A stretch of DNA of 62,944 bases, filler included, from Collodictyon triciliatum (lineage: Eukaryota), in assembly GCA_043381765.1 (NCBI GenBank). It is 4 parts of 4 records of this genome, joined end to end, with 100 filler letters (N's around TTAATTAATTAA, not from the genome) between each part and the next. Parts side by side here need not be neighbours in the genome. Positions count along the whole stretch, not along the records: positions 1 to 16,208 come from JBHJMP010001568.1; 3 more parts are not named here. One strand, 5' to 3'. The position numbers and the translations under genes are program-made. Under the pieces are notes generated by a model. The model searched no databases. It saw only the letters and a list, made by a program, of their open reading frames with translations, and was not told where the DNA came from. This document shows positions 1-14,100 of this stretch, piece after piece (within the stretch, counting starts at the first letter, position 1; each line of letters opens with the position of its first letter).

Positions 1-969
1 GAGGGTGTCTGTGCGGCGGAGGTCGGGCGGGGTGGGGGTGGGGGTGGGGGTGGGGGTGGGGGTGGCACTCACGGCAGCCGGGGCGGTGGGGGCGGTGGGG
101 GCGGCGGCCTTGGCACCTCCCTGCGAGCGGAAGGTGGTGATCAGGTGGATCTCGCCGGCGGATTTGCCCGTGCCCTTCTTGAGGACCGTGTACCACTGGT
201 CGATGGGGTTTGCTGCGGGGCGGAGGGGAGGAGAGGGTGAGTGCGTGCGGGTGGGTGCGTGTGGGTGGGTGGGTGGGTGGGTCAAGGGTGTGGGGGAGGG
301 GCATACTGGAGGTCGTGATGATCGAGACCGGGATGGTGGCGTAGCCGATGTGGTCGTCGCGCCCGATGTCGTCGTCGTAGATGTTGATGAGGATGGGCAT
401 CGAGGAGAGGTTTGCGGCGACGGGGCTGCAAGCGGATGGACGGGGGCGGTGAGAACGGGGGGTGGAGGCTGGCGCCTGATGGCGGGAGGCTGGGAGGCGG
501 GAAGGGAGGGAGAGACGTACAAGGTGAAGCGCTCGTTCCACTGCGGGTTTTTGCCTCCCTTGTTGTGTGTGCGGGTGCGGTGCTTGGTGGTTCCCAGCTC
601 GATGTAGCAGTAGGGATCCATTTTGCCTGTGGAGGGGCGGGCATGAGGCGGGCGTGGGCGGGGTATGTGGGGGTATGAGTCCTACTTACCAAAGTCCTTG
701 TCGGACAGATTGCGCGCTTCGACGACTGCAGGGTCGGGCGTTAGGGGGAGGGGGGAGAGGGGGGAGAGGTGGTCAGCATTAGAAAAACATCAGTATATGT
801 CTATCTCTGTGGTTGTGGTTGTGGTTGTGGTTGTGGTTGTGGTTGTGGTTGTGGTTGTGCAGCATCGGGTGTGGGACGATGGAATGAAGGAGCGGGTGTG
901 CCGGGAAGGGCAGTGGTCTGGGGTGCAGCATCGCTTCTCACCGTATACTTCAAGGTCCCCCGAGGTCAT
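1..969 (-). CDS. C2-domain protein (multi-exon; 3' part runs off the window edge)
   Basis: Spliced translation MTSGDLEVY|VVEARNLSDKDFG|KMDPYCYIELGTTKHRTRTHNKGGKNPQWNERFTF|PVAANLSSMPILINIYDDDIGRDDHIGYATIPV...|NPIDQWYTVLKKGTGKSAGEIHLITTF, then an Ala/Pro-rich linker. Classic C2 motifs (DPY, NPxWNE, DxD...DDxIG); GT-AG introns. Confidence 0.88.
810..858. repeat. (GTGGTT)n microsatellite in the first coding intron of the C2 gene
   Basis: Visible hexamer tandem repeat. Confidence 0.9.
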
Positions 970-2272
970 CTCGTTGCTGCCTGGATGGATGGATGGGCGG
1001 GGCTCTAGAGATGAGAGGTGTTTGTCAGTGCTGCGCTGTGCTGGTGCGGTGTGGCAGCGGCGCCCTCGGGTTGTTGCGTTTTCGGGGGGTCTGATTGAAA
1101 AGGAAGATAAAGAATGGAGGGTGCGGGGAAGATTGCGAGGGCGATCGCACAATACTTTGGAGCGAGCAAAGAGAGAGCACTGGCTACTACGCAACAAACG
1201 AGGCCCCGATGCACTTGACCAGCGGAATGTGTAGCTTGTGTCTGAGCGCTAGGCCGCGCAACGCCAGAGACAGCGATCCGGACGCCCCTGAGTGCCACAC
1301 CTCTTTGACTTAATGGCGTCGAGTGCGAAGCTGAACCGCAACCATCTCACACTCCCTCATGACAGCCGTGCCTTCAGCCCGTGGCAGACTTGAATCCTAT
1401 TTATATGCGCTGCACCCTGTGCGACGCGTTGGGGAGAGACAAACGAAATAGCGGTGTCTGCGCTAACGCAATAGCGGCGCGGGTCTCTGTTTCCCACCAA
1501 CTTGGCTCGGCAAACGAACAACCAAACCGAAGCTCGTGGAGGGACGAAAGGCGATTGGTTGCAACGGCTGGAGATTGTGGATTAATTTATCCTATTTTAA
1601 CGAATTTCATGGAAGAATTTTTCGTGTGCCACTTTTTTCATGGAAAAAATCCAAAAATCATTGTAAAGGAATTCAGAAAATCCCGAAAAATCATTTCTGG
1701 AATATATTATTATCCTGTTAAATTTAGAGCATTATTTGAATAAAAATGTATACATAAAAAAATATGTCTATTATGCTATTATTATTAATAAATTATTCGT
1801 GTCTACATTAGGCAACCAATTTGTGTTTCTGTAAGAATTATAGCATTACATAGCCAAAGCTGAACAATTTCAAAGATGACTTATGTTATGTAGGTCAATA
1901 TACATCAAAAGTAATTAATACTGTATAGATATTGTTTTTAATTAATTGCGCAGGATCTCCAAGATTTTGTGATACAAATGGTCCGCATATATTAATTTCC
2001 ACAAATAAATATTTCTGCTTTCAGAACCACTTCACCGCATTTGGAACCGTGCCCCAAAATTGGATTAGCCACCGCCGATTATATTCGAGCTCGCTTCACC
2101 ACACCGCAACCTGAATCACAGAGCCAACTTCCAACCCCCCGCGCCCGAGTATGGCCTTGCCAGCCTGGGGTCACCTTCTACCGGAGCCAACCGCTCCAAC
2201 TCGTATGTGGATGTATTGTATGCTAATTCCTTATATATATATATATTGCCGCTTACAAACAGATTGTGTAGA

Positions 2273-4061
2273 ATGGTTCTTGCAGCCATCCCGCTATTCC
2301 TTCGTTTTGTTCTCGTTGATTTTGGGATACAACTCGTTGTTGGCGCGTTGTCCATAGCCCTCAAGACCGAGCGCTTCTTCGACCTGACTGGATCTCTTAC
2401 GTTTCTGACCCTTTCCTTTTACTCCTTGTTCTCTCGAGGAAAGCAAGATTTTCGTCATGTAAGTATTGATCCAGCATTATTTTATACTAGCAAGTATACC
2501 CGTGCTTCGCATCGGGAATGAGGAAAGAAAAAAGAAAAAAGAAAAAAGAAAAAAGAAAAAAGAAAAAAGAAAAAAGAAAAAAGAAAAAAGAAAAGAAAAA
2601 AAAAAAGAAAAAAGAAAAAAGAAAAAAGAAAAAAGAAAAAAGAAAAAAGAAAAAAGAAAAAAGAAAAGAAAAAGAAGAAAAATTGTATATTGAAAGACCT
2701 TTAAGCTAACGCCAACACAAAAGTTTGATATATGTCTAATTATATTAACTTATTAAATGTGCGAGTGTTTTTCTTCTTAAAGTTTACAGAGTCGTACGAT
2801 GATATATTGACAAATATCCTCGCACTGCCCAGGTTGCTGTAAGCGTCTTTGTAGCTGTTTGGGCTTTTCGTCTTGGTTCCTTCCTGTTCATTCGAATTTC
2901 AAAGGACGGACACGACAAAAGGTTCGACAAGATCAGAGGAAACCCAGTGCGATTTTTGGTCGTGTGGATGATACAGGTAACTTGTCTCATCATTATTTCA
3001 TTTTATATCATCGAATCATAGGGGGTCATTATCAAATATGTTTATGTTTTAAAAATGAAAATTGTATGAAATTCATCACTCAGGGGGTTTGGGTTTTACT
3101 GACAATTATGCCCCTACTCATGTTGAATATGAACACTGAGACTGTTCCTGTCAGCCTATTGGATTATATCGGTACATTAGTTCACCTTTTTTTTTTAAAA
3201 AAAAAACACTGCTTACTGCACAATAATTTTATCCGTAAATTCGTGCATAATATTGAATATGTTTCAAACAATGCCGATTAAACCACTATGCATAATTATA
3301 ATGCAATACTTGAAATAATATGGTCTGTTACAGGTTGGGGAGTATGGTTTATAGGATTCTCTATTGAGATTATTGCTGATTTCCAAAAGTACGAGATATA
3401 ACCATATTTTAGACCACGTTTTATAAGATCATTTTGAATAAATTTGAATTCTGCAATAGATTCGTCTTCAGACTAAACCCTGCCAACCAAGACAAATTCA
3501 TTCAAACCGGGCTATGGAGGTTTGTTCTGCTTTGATGGCATTTTCCCAATAAACTAGACGCAAGCGTAGAGATGCGAGTAATATCAGAAATTGAATCAAC
3601 TAAATACAGGTATAGTCAACATCCTAATTACTTTGGGGAAATAGTTCTTTGGGTCGGAGTTTATCTGTCATGTTTGCCTGTTTACAGTGGGATTGAACAC
3701 ATAGGTTGACAATACCACCAGTTTTTTTTATCGCTTCGCTTTATATAACTGTATGCGAGCCTCCTACGAAATACCAACTGATATCATTCAATTTTCTGAT
3801 TATTTTTTTTTACTGAATAGGAATAATATCTCCAATATTTGTCTACTTTTTACTTACGAGAGTCAGCGGAGTAACACTATTTACTTTAGAAATACCTATT
3901 AACAGGATTTTTTTTATTTCGCGATTGTTATTCACAAATTCTTTCATGAATAGATACCACTTCTGAAGAAAAGCAACGAAGCCAAATTTGGGCGCCTTGG
4001 TGCACACGCTGAGTACACCAGAAAAACAAATCTCCTTGTGCCTGGGTTTCCAAAGAAGTAG
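2273..4061 (+). CDS. DUF1295 / steroid 5-alpha-reductase-like membrane protein (8 exons)
   Basis: Spliced: KTERFFDLTGSLTF...VWAFRLGSFLFIRISKDGHDKRFDKIR...IEIIADFQK|FVFRLNPANQDKFIQTGLWR|YSQHPNYFGEIVLWVG...LLTRVSG|IPLLKK...EYTRKTNLLVPGFPKK*. ADxQK, GLWRYSxHPNYFGE and SGIP are DUF1295 signatures. Confidence 0.92.
2524..2682. repeat. (GAAAAAA)n intronic repeat
   Basis: Visible heptamer array inside intron 1 of the DUF1295 gene. Confidence 0.9.
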
Positions 4062-5506
4062 AAAAACTCATGCTGCGTATATCCAAAATGACGGATTTCA
4101 ATAAAAAGAAATGAGCCCCAACACATAGTTTAGAAAACTTATTTTTTTATAAAAGAAATGGGGTTCACAAGTATTATCAATAAAACCAGAGTCTATATTA
4201 GAATACAAAGGATGTCTGGATGAAAAAAACAAACCAAACCAAAACAAAAAACAAAAACAGTGGCGCTGTTTTGTCAATGAAAGGAGCTTGGACTTTATGC
4301 ATCATATGAGCATCTCTAATAGTTTTATTTGACCATAAATTGTATTCTATCTATCTAAACCCATAAATAATTTATGTAATTTGAAAATTAACTCATACAA
4401 TTTCTCGATAGAAAATCAATTATATATCCTGCTTGTTTATTTAGAAAGATATGGCTTTTTTAATTTCTGTAGTATATTTGACATATTAATGCCAATATCT
4501 ACATGAGATTTGATGTATAGTTTAATCATTTATTTTTTTATGAATAATTAATATTAATAAATTGCCCATAATACAGCGGGATGCTGAGTTGATTATATCG
4601 TTCAGCATTATTTTTTCATGAAAGAGATACACAAGAGCAGTAAAATATGACAACGGAAGCAAAAAGAGAAGACAAGAAAACATGAATCAACGGACAGCCA
4701 TATAATTGAAGCTGGGAAGGCCATTCGATTTAACGAAAGCAATGTCCTGGGTGCGCTCTGTGCTGATGGGGTTGATGGGCCCATACATTGAGACGGAGAG
4801 AAATGAAAAAAGAAAGAAAAGGCTGCGCTACTGACAACCCGGACTGAAGCAGACCCATGTCGCATTTTTAATTGATACCTAATAAAGAATATTAAAGTGG
4901 AAACAACGACAAACATATGTGGAATATCTTCCGTTGAATGTCGGCCTTTGGTCAAAACCGCAACAACATCGAATGTGACTCGATCGAACAAAGGAAAAAA
5001 AAAAAAAACTTCACCTTGCACGGAAGCCGCAGTGTCCCAAACTCTTGCAGGCTTCTTTTTCTTTCTTTCCTTGTCTCTATCATTTTAAATATATTTTTTT
5101 ATTCACGACAGCCTTACTAGCTCGTACAAACTTCTACTGAGTGCCGAGTGTTTCACGTAGGTTCACAGGAATCCTGCGATTAAAAAAAAAGGAAGAGAAA
5201 AAGAAAAGAAATACTAAACCACTCGCCAGAATTGCCGGCTTTGTTTTGCCCATTCTGCCAAAAGGAAAAAAGCAAGAAGCTCCAAGCAAATAAGGTAACA
5301 CTCACCCCCTCTTGATCATGGTATACCTGAAACTTGATCTCAACAAATACCTATAGCATCCGACATTCCATTCGTGTAACAAAGAGTGAGCTTTCGTCTC
5401 CTCATCCAGATCCAAACACACATATCAGAAGATTATCTTTCTTCCTATATGCCTTCTAAACATGCAAGGAATTAAAAATAAACATTCAAGAAAATAAAGC
5501 AAAACC

Positions 5507-5580
5507 GAAAAATGAAAAATGAAAAATGAAAAATGAAAAATGAAAAATGAAAAATGAAAAATGAAAAATGAAAAATGAAA
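5507..5580. repeat. (GAAAAAT)n repeat upstream of the CFAP44 CDS (probably in a 5'UTR intron)
   Basis: Visible heptamer array. Confidence 0.85.
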
Positions 5581-5765
5581 AACAAAAAACGAAAACAAAA
5601 AACAAAAATAAAGGCAAAAGAAAATAAAACAAAATTATGACCACAAACCACCCTATTTGATGCCTCTAGAAAAATAAAACGAAAAAAACAAACTGTCAGT
5701 CGGTTATAAGTGAAATATGCTAATATCTTCCCAGTAATCAACAAGGGGAAACTAGTCCTGAGCAA

Positions 5766-7923
5766 ATGTCTGACGAGCCCGAGCAGCTGGAGAACATCGA
5801 ACCGCCCACAACGCGCAGCACTCCAGCACCCGAAGAATCTGCCTCTCTGGCAACTGATTCCATTTCTCCTACTGATCCAACCAATGCCGAAGAGCCCAAC
5901 GACCCTGTCGACTCTACAGATGCTGCCGCAGTACCAAACGGAGCCATCGAATCTCCAGACGAGGTCACCGATTCACCAAATAACCCGGATGAGTCTGCGG
6001 TGGACACCATGCCGGATGAAAGACACAATCCCAACCCAGTTGCTGATTCCAGTACTGAGGAGCCGGTTGCACCTAGCGACGGCCCGGTTGAAGCGGCTGA
6101 TTCTGCCCAATCACAAGCTGCTCAAGAAGGGGAAACGCAAGGAGGAGAAAATGGGCACAAGGAAGAGAAGGAAGAGAAGGAAGAGAAGGAAGAGAAGGAA
6201 GAGAAGGAAGAGAAAGAAGAGCATAGGGACCATGAAGAGCCGCGACATGATGAAGCGGAGGATTTTCTCTCGTCAGAGGAGTCTGGAACACATCTTCCGG
6301 GACCACCAAAGAGACTAACCCAAGGATTCTACTACGATACTGATACAATTGCGTTGCCAGATGCCGATAATTACTTACCGGGAAACTTCATTCGATTCTC
6401 GTAAGAACATTACTTTGATATGCAATTGCTCGATTTTTCATTTAAATATTGCCCTTGCTTTGCTGATAAGAATTATTTTAATATCAATAAGAAACGGATT
6501 AGGTGGTTTTGAAATTCTTTTCCTAATAAAATGTAAACATTCCCTTCAAATCTTACTCTAGGCATTCCATAGGCTTCGAGTCGCATAAACGCAACAATGT
6601 TTACTACGTCGACCGACGAACAATTGTTTATTCGTGCGGAAACACGGTTCAATTCCTTAACCTGGAATCTATGCAGCAGCGATACATATTTGGCCTTCAC
6701 AGTCGAGGTGTAGGAGCGATTTGCGTAAGTTATATTAAAATTCACAGCTGAGACAAAAACGCCACTACAACCAGGCTATTCGTTTCGATAGTAATTGGTT
6801 TGAAATACATACATGTATAAAACCCGTACAGTCTCTCAGTCTCTTTTCATGATTATTCGCCACAAGTAAAGCCGATTGATATACAATCAAGAAACGATAA
6901 ATCTTTTATGAGCACAACCATAATACATAATTAAATTTTTTTGTACGATTTCATGGTGCTAGGTTCATCCATCAAAGAGATACATCGCAGTTGGAGAAAA
7001 AGGAAATAACCCTGGAATCTTTATCTACGAGTATCCTTCCCTGAAGCTTTATCGCATTCTGCGCCGTGGCACAGAAAAAGGATACAGTACCCTTTCATTT
7101 AATACTGGGGGAGATAAACTGGCCTCTGTTGGAGCCTACCCTGATTACATGCTTACTGTTTGGGACTGGATGCAAGAGTCCATTATTCTCCGCTACAAGG
7201 CCTTCTCCCAGGTTCAATCCGACCATAAAATAACATCTTGGTTGTCTTGATACGAATTCATTTCACATATATGCTCTCCTTATATGAATTACATATCGAA
7301 AAAGGAGGTGTATGGTGGCAAATTATTTTCATTTTATGAGAAATTCTGATATATCGAATGTACAGGACATTTTCAAAGTTTCATTCTTCCCAAACAACGA
7401 CGGGCGGCTCACCACTAGTGGCACAGGTCATATTCGTTTCTGGAAAATGGCAAGAACTTTTACTGGTCTTAAGTTGCAAGGTGATATTGGTAAGTTTGGA
7501 AACGTGGAACTGACCGACGTCTCAAGCTTTGCCGAATGGCCCGACGGAAAAGTCATCTGCGGCACAGAGAAAGGAACTCTTTTGATGTGGGATGGGAATT
7601 TGATCAAGATGGAAATCAGCCGGAAAGAAGGGCGACCATGCCATGAAGGGATGGTTGAAGCAGTTATTTTGGAGGACAACATTCTTTATACCGCCGGTCA
7701 TGATGGATATATTCGTATGTGGAGCTATGATGCCATAGAGAATGCAGATTTAAGCGAGGGATACAGCTTCGAACTGGAGCCTAAAGGTGAATTTCGTATC
7801 GGGCAAGGTGTTGTGGTAAGAATTCATGTCAATAAATAAAGAAATAAAACAATTTTACACGATTTTAATAGCTAATGTTAACGTACAAATTAGTTGTAGC
7901 ATTATCCTAAATGAACCAACGAT

Positions 7924-7954
<31 letters not shown>

Positions 7955-8111
7955 CATTATCATTATCATTATCATTATCATTATCATTATCATTATCATT
8001 ATCATTATCATTATCATTATCATTATCAATATCATTATCAATATCATTATCAATATCATTATCAATATCAATATCATTATCAATATCATTATCAATATCA
8101 TTATCAATATC

Positions 8112-8142
<31 letters not shown>

Positions 8143-11100
8143 ATATTGCATTTGAAAAATACTCAACTTTCTTTAATTGTACAAGATGATTATTCATATT
8201 GGTAGCAATCAAGCCACCAAACTAAGATTTTATGCTCAATCTCTAGGTGAAATCTCTTGTCCGTGGTAGAAAGCATTGGCTTGTTCAAGGCGCTGAAGGA
8301 AACTTGTGGCAATTCGATGATGACCTCCAACAGCCCATGGGGTTAATTTCGTTCCATTCTGGAGCTGTCGTGGCAACTGCAACATCACCCATTCAGCACC
8401 ACCTTTGCAGTATCGGATCTGACGGATCCATTCGCCTTTATGATTATATTGCAAAGAAGATTCTCTGTCAAACACACTTTAACGCAACTGGAGAATGTCT
8501 TGTTTACGCTCCAAAGGTAAAGAAATCGTTTATCAAAAATTCAACAAAGTATTCTAGTATCTCTGAAAATGCTAATACTTTGTATTTGTGCGCACTTGTA
8601 TCCAGTCCATCGATGGAAACGGCCTCACTATGGCTGCTGGATTCGGTGACGGAGTTGTGCGAATTCTTTCATATATGGAGCAGACCCTATCCATAGTAGA
8701 TGTGTTTAAACCGCACACCGGAGCTGTAAAACATATCTGGTAGGTGTTATTACGAAGAAATACTTTATTTCCCCTTATTTGCCGCACAATAACAAAGCGC
8801 GTGTGTAAAATAAATGGAATGGAATACGTCATTGTCCAAAACATTAAATCGAATTGCTGCCTTTATTTTCTCTTGATAGTTATTCACCCAATGGCCAGTA
8901 CTTTGTAAGTGCGTCAGATGACCATGTCATATTCTTTTTTGAAGTAAAGGAGACATATTCTTCAATCGGATTTACAACTACCAAAGAAAAGGCCAAGTTC
9001 ATACAATGGCACCCTTCCTCGCTCAAAATACTGGTAACTGAAAAAACAATTACTCATATGATTTTGATACCCAGCTATATATAGTTCTAGTAGGAAAAAG
9101 AAGTGCCAACTCAGATAGCATATTGCACGAATATGTTTTTCATCGCCCCTTTCTCTCCATTTGTGTGGCTTTACCCTCTTGCAGTTTGAATCGAAAAAAA
9201 AAAAAGAAGGAAAAAATGAATATGTTTTCATACTTTTCAGGTTCATTTTGAGAGGGACTTGGTTCAAGAAATCGAAGTTCCTGATAGTTCAAAGGTCGAC
9301 ACGAGTGTCAGCTATGAGATACAGGTCAACACCAGAGAAATCTTTGTTCAAATCCCGATTTTCCGAGAGTACGTCCGCCGCATCGTTGCAGATCAACGAG
9401 CCTCAAAACGAGTTCTGCCTCGTCCCAAGGAAGGAGAAGAGCTGACTGAAGAACAATTGGTATATAAACTCAATTTTTCTAGTCTCATTTTTCTCTTCCT
9501 TGTTAAAAAGTTGGCAAGTAAAACTCTGTACTATAAGATTGCTATCTAAAGGATATCGCATCGCTTCGCAAATTAACAAAGCAAACATGATACAGGCATA
9601 TATCGCAGCAGAAAACGAGAAAGAAGAAAATATTCTCCGAGAAATGTTTGGTGTGCAAATAACAATCGCACACATGTCGTATACAAAGGAAGGAAATGGA
9701 TACCACCTTAATCTCACTGGTATAATCATGAGCAATCTAGTGACTAACGAAAGATGTACCATTTGTGATAATCTGTATTGTTACATAGTATTAGCTATTA
9801 CCCTAATTTTCATATTTCAAGGTCCTTGTTCGGATTACTTGTTTGTCATTCCATTTGATAATCCAAAGGGATTCGAGCCGCATTTATCGCATCATCCCCA
9901 GATTTCCTTTGCCAATTATTCAAGTCGAGGGTGAGTCAATTATTCAATTACAAAGACAGATTGTCTATGATTATACTTTGGACTTTATAAAATGGTGTAT
10001 CATAAATTTTCTAGTGGTTCGTTTGTCCTGAAAATCCTTCCATTTGACTTTATACTATTCCTTAGATCTCTTTTGCTTACTGGAGGCACAGATGGGAGTG
10101 TTATCGCTAGACAAGGTGGGGGTTAATTTTATAAATACACAACCAGAACGCGACCAATACGAGAACCAACCACATATGATATCTTTATTAAGATATATCC
10201 CTTTCTTCCAACATTCCTTTCACCGTTGGCCGAATTTCAATCCCATTCACATTTCATCCATAGTGGGAGACATGAAATCATGTTGGAGAGGACTTCTTCA
10301 CGATTCAGAACATGGGGCAATCACGAGTATATGCACCAGTTTTGACGAAAGCCATCTCATCACTGCAGGACGCGATGGAAACTTGTTTATCTATCGAGTT
10401 TCCATAAGCGATATGGTAGTCCCCTCGGGTGAGAGTTTTTCATTCATCCAACGCAAACCGGCCACATATGTAGTGCTCTGTCTCTTGGTCTATGCAATCT
10501 TTCGTCTATTCACAGAAAACCAAAATCCACCTCTCCGTGTAACGGATCAGACCACTTTAGATACACTCATATCAATTCATTTACTTTGTTTCCATAGAAG
10601 AGGCAGAGAAGATAGCAGCAGCCAAAAAGGAGTCTGTTACCATTAAAGAGGACATCACCGATAAGAGTATGTATAGCATTCAAGAGGCTAAACTCAAAAG
10701 TGAACACGACCGTCGGGTGGCAGAAGCAGAGACCAAGAAGCAAGCGGTTCGCCGACAGCTTGGTGAAATCCGACAGGAATTCCAGCGACTTCTAAAGTCC
10801 AACGAGCGCGCACCTCCACAACTCACACTTGATCGAGTCGAGTTTAACATCGAAACACAGTTGAAGGAAGAGATTGGTTTGTAGGAAAATTCATCAAGTT
10901 GACGATTGCGCCATTTAGTTTGAGAAAATTTAATAATGTTTAGTTTAATTGCAGTATATTCATGTGTTTGGATCTAAACCTTTATAAAAGAGAGGCAAAC
11001 TTCTGAAAAGATTGAACTTGCCCGCCGAAAACTTGCGTGGATTTGTGAAAGAAAGAAACTTCAACTTGACAAATTGAAGTCCAAATTTTTGGATATCCTT

Positions 11101-14100
11101 GCTGTGGAGAGAATTTTGCTCAAAGGGTTCAAAGTAAATTATAATTTTCTTAATCCTTCTTTTTTTTTTATTTGTAATATAAATGATTATCGTTTAAGAA
11201 TATTTCGTGTTGATTCGCTTTAAAATGCCCAAGGCAAGACTTATCTGAACTCCTAATTACTCAGAATTATCGAGTTGTGAGTACCTTCCGAGTTGCAAAG
11301 CTTTCTCCTCAACTGAAAGAAAATATTGAGGCCGTGCACAGTATCATCAATAGCGAAGAAGCTGTCAAATTAGAAGATGTCAGTATTTCACTCACAATCT
11401 TGCGCCTATGGGCATGCTACCATTCACACATTAAGATTATCATCTCATCCCCTTATTTCCTCTATTTATCAATACAATAGGGAGCCGTGGACAATGCACA
11501 ACTAAACACGACGACTGGACAGACAGTGTCAGCAACAACAGGCGATGCGGCCGAAGCTGCAGTTGTTGATGTGGTACAAAATCAGTCATTATGGCTTTTT
11601 TTTTAGTAGAAAATAACAATATTAATTCGTAATTAGAATCACACCCAGCATAAAAGATGATACACTCTTTTCTGGTCGTTTTTTTTTATTTTTTTTTATT
11701 CCTCTTGGAGTCGATATAAACACACCAAGAATCAAAGTGAGTATTTTTTATTACTAAAAAACCACAATGTAATCAAGGCGAGTCTCTCCAAATCGGAGGC
11801 ACGCAAGGCGCAGAGAGATGCCAGAGCCAAGGTGTGGGAAGAGCTAATGGCGAAGAAGCCTGACGAAAAGTATGATGGAATAGGCTTTAAAGTTTCATAT
11901 ATTATCCAAAAAAATAAATAGTCCCACCCAAAGCATATAGTTATCGTTTGAACTTTGGAATTTTATGCATATTTATATGGGCTGTTTCCTTCTCTCAAGA
12001 TACGAAGACCCTGATGATGTCGCAGCAATTATTTACGCCGAAAAACACATGGGTAATGCCATTTACTTTTATGTCACTTCCGGTATTGACATACGCTTGT
12101 TTTAAAACTCTATTACATGGTTATAGTAAAACCACAATTGTCAGTTTTTTTTTTTCATCTAAAAAACTCTTACTAAATTTATTGTACTAGGCGATTACAA
12201 ACTGAAAACAGACAGCGACTACATCGTACCGGAACATCAGCGAGTGAACGCCGAAAAGAAACGTCGACAAATGATTTTGCTCGAGGAGAGTGTCTTTTCA
12301 ATCAAAATGGTAAGGATCTTTATCAAATATTTAAATTTAAAATTTGCATAAAGTCTTCTATGCATACTTATTCTCGTGGGGTCTATTCTAATTATTGCCT
12401 TCCGACGATATACTGTTTCAAGTATTATTTAATTGCATAATGCTACTATTTCCTTGATTTTTTCCAGTCACTCTTTAAACAAGATGAAAAAGAAGAAATT
12501 CATAATATCCCACCACCAACATAGGATTTTAATGAACGACTGCTTGCATTGCGTGACTTGAAGATACGAATCGTTGAACGAATCAAAACCGACAACATCA
12601 GAATTCGAGAAATAAACAGCATCCTCTCCCTCCGAGAGGATTTGTTTGAGGTTAATTGGGTCTATGGAATGTCAGAGCGGAGAATTTATTTCTTGAATCA
12701 TTTTCTCTTATTATTTTCGATTTCCTATTCTGTTGGAATATCATAACCAATAAACATGCCTCTTCCATTTTTTTCTTTTTCCTTGAAGCCTTCATTAGAA
12801 TCAATTGAGTTCCCAGAAGACAGATTCCGATACACCAAGGAAAGTGTGGCCAAATTTGAGGCCAAACGTCTCAAGCAGGTCAGTGGTCATCTTTCCATTA
12901 TCTCAATATCTATATTGTCTTATCCATATATTTACACCACATAATCACATCCATAAATTGTATTCCCTGTTTCATAGGCCGAGCGAGCAAAGCGTGCCGC
13001 TCAGAAGCGACAGGGATTTGGAAATTTTGGAGGAGGAGGTGATGATTCTGATGGGAGTGATGAGGACGCAAGAAAGCCGGAGCAGCGTTTACCAACTCCT
13101 AACCAAGGTGCTGCTCGTGGAAGGACTGGAGCGCATACATCTCGAGCTGAAAGGCTGCAGAACGTCCCCTTGTCAGAGGCCGAAGTTTGGCGCTTTCTTT
13201 CTAATATACTCACGCATTACAACCTTTCCTCTCTGTATCGTGACAAAGTCGCCTCTTTGAAAGAAATACAGATACAGCCTTTCCATACATGAATTTAAAA
13301 ACTTGGGTATATTTATGGTTGTTTTTAAAGAAGAAATCATCTACTATCTAGACGGCAGAACAGTTTGCTGCACACCGAAAACTTATGTATGAAAAGCAAG
13401 TGCTACTGGACAAGATTACAAAAACAGTGGCAGCCTTTGATGGTGCTTTGGATGACTTACGTCATGAAAAATTCAAATTGGAGGTATTCTCTCTACAAGC
13501 AATACTTTTTTTCCTCCATTTTCTCCCAAAGTAACTCCGGTTTCTTTTTCCTGAATCTAAACAGGGAGACCTGAAAACAACAGATATGAAGATGCTGATT
13601 TTATATCAAGAGCTCGTTTTACTCAAAGAGTTTGAACTACGAGATGTGGAGCTTATTAAGAAGGTGACTAATATCTGACAAGAAACACTCTTGCCTACTA
13701 TTCGAAGAATAACTATATAGTTAATGTAATTGACTGAGACTGTTAATACCTATATCGCTGAAAGGAGAATCATAACATATCTTTTATTATTCTTAGCTTG
13801 ATTCCAAAAAAGCAGAGAAGGCTGACATCGTGGCAAAGATTACGGAGTGCCAAGAGAAGCTTGTGGCCAAGAAGGTTTTTTCTATCCTTTTCTATGATAC
13901 GCCAATAAATAAATACGTAAATAATTTTTACTTTTTATATATTTCATGAAATGACAATTGCAGAGTTTTTTTTTTTAAAAAAAAGGTAATAGGTCCGTAT
14001 TCCATCAAAATTGTAACATCACAAATACCTGCAGCAAGAGATAGAAAAGCTTTTAGAAAAAGACAAAGAAGTTCATGAAGAATTCAATGCCATTGTTGGG

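Noticed and set aside
7826-8212. Long poly-HY / poly-I / poly-IM ORFs, and similar poly-Y, poly-L, poly-K and LSLS ORFs elsewhere
   Set aside because: Translations of intronic microsatellites.
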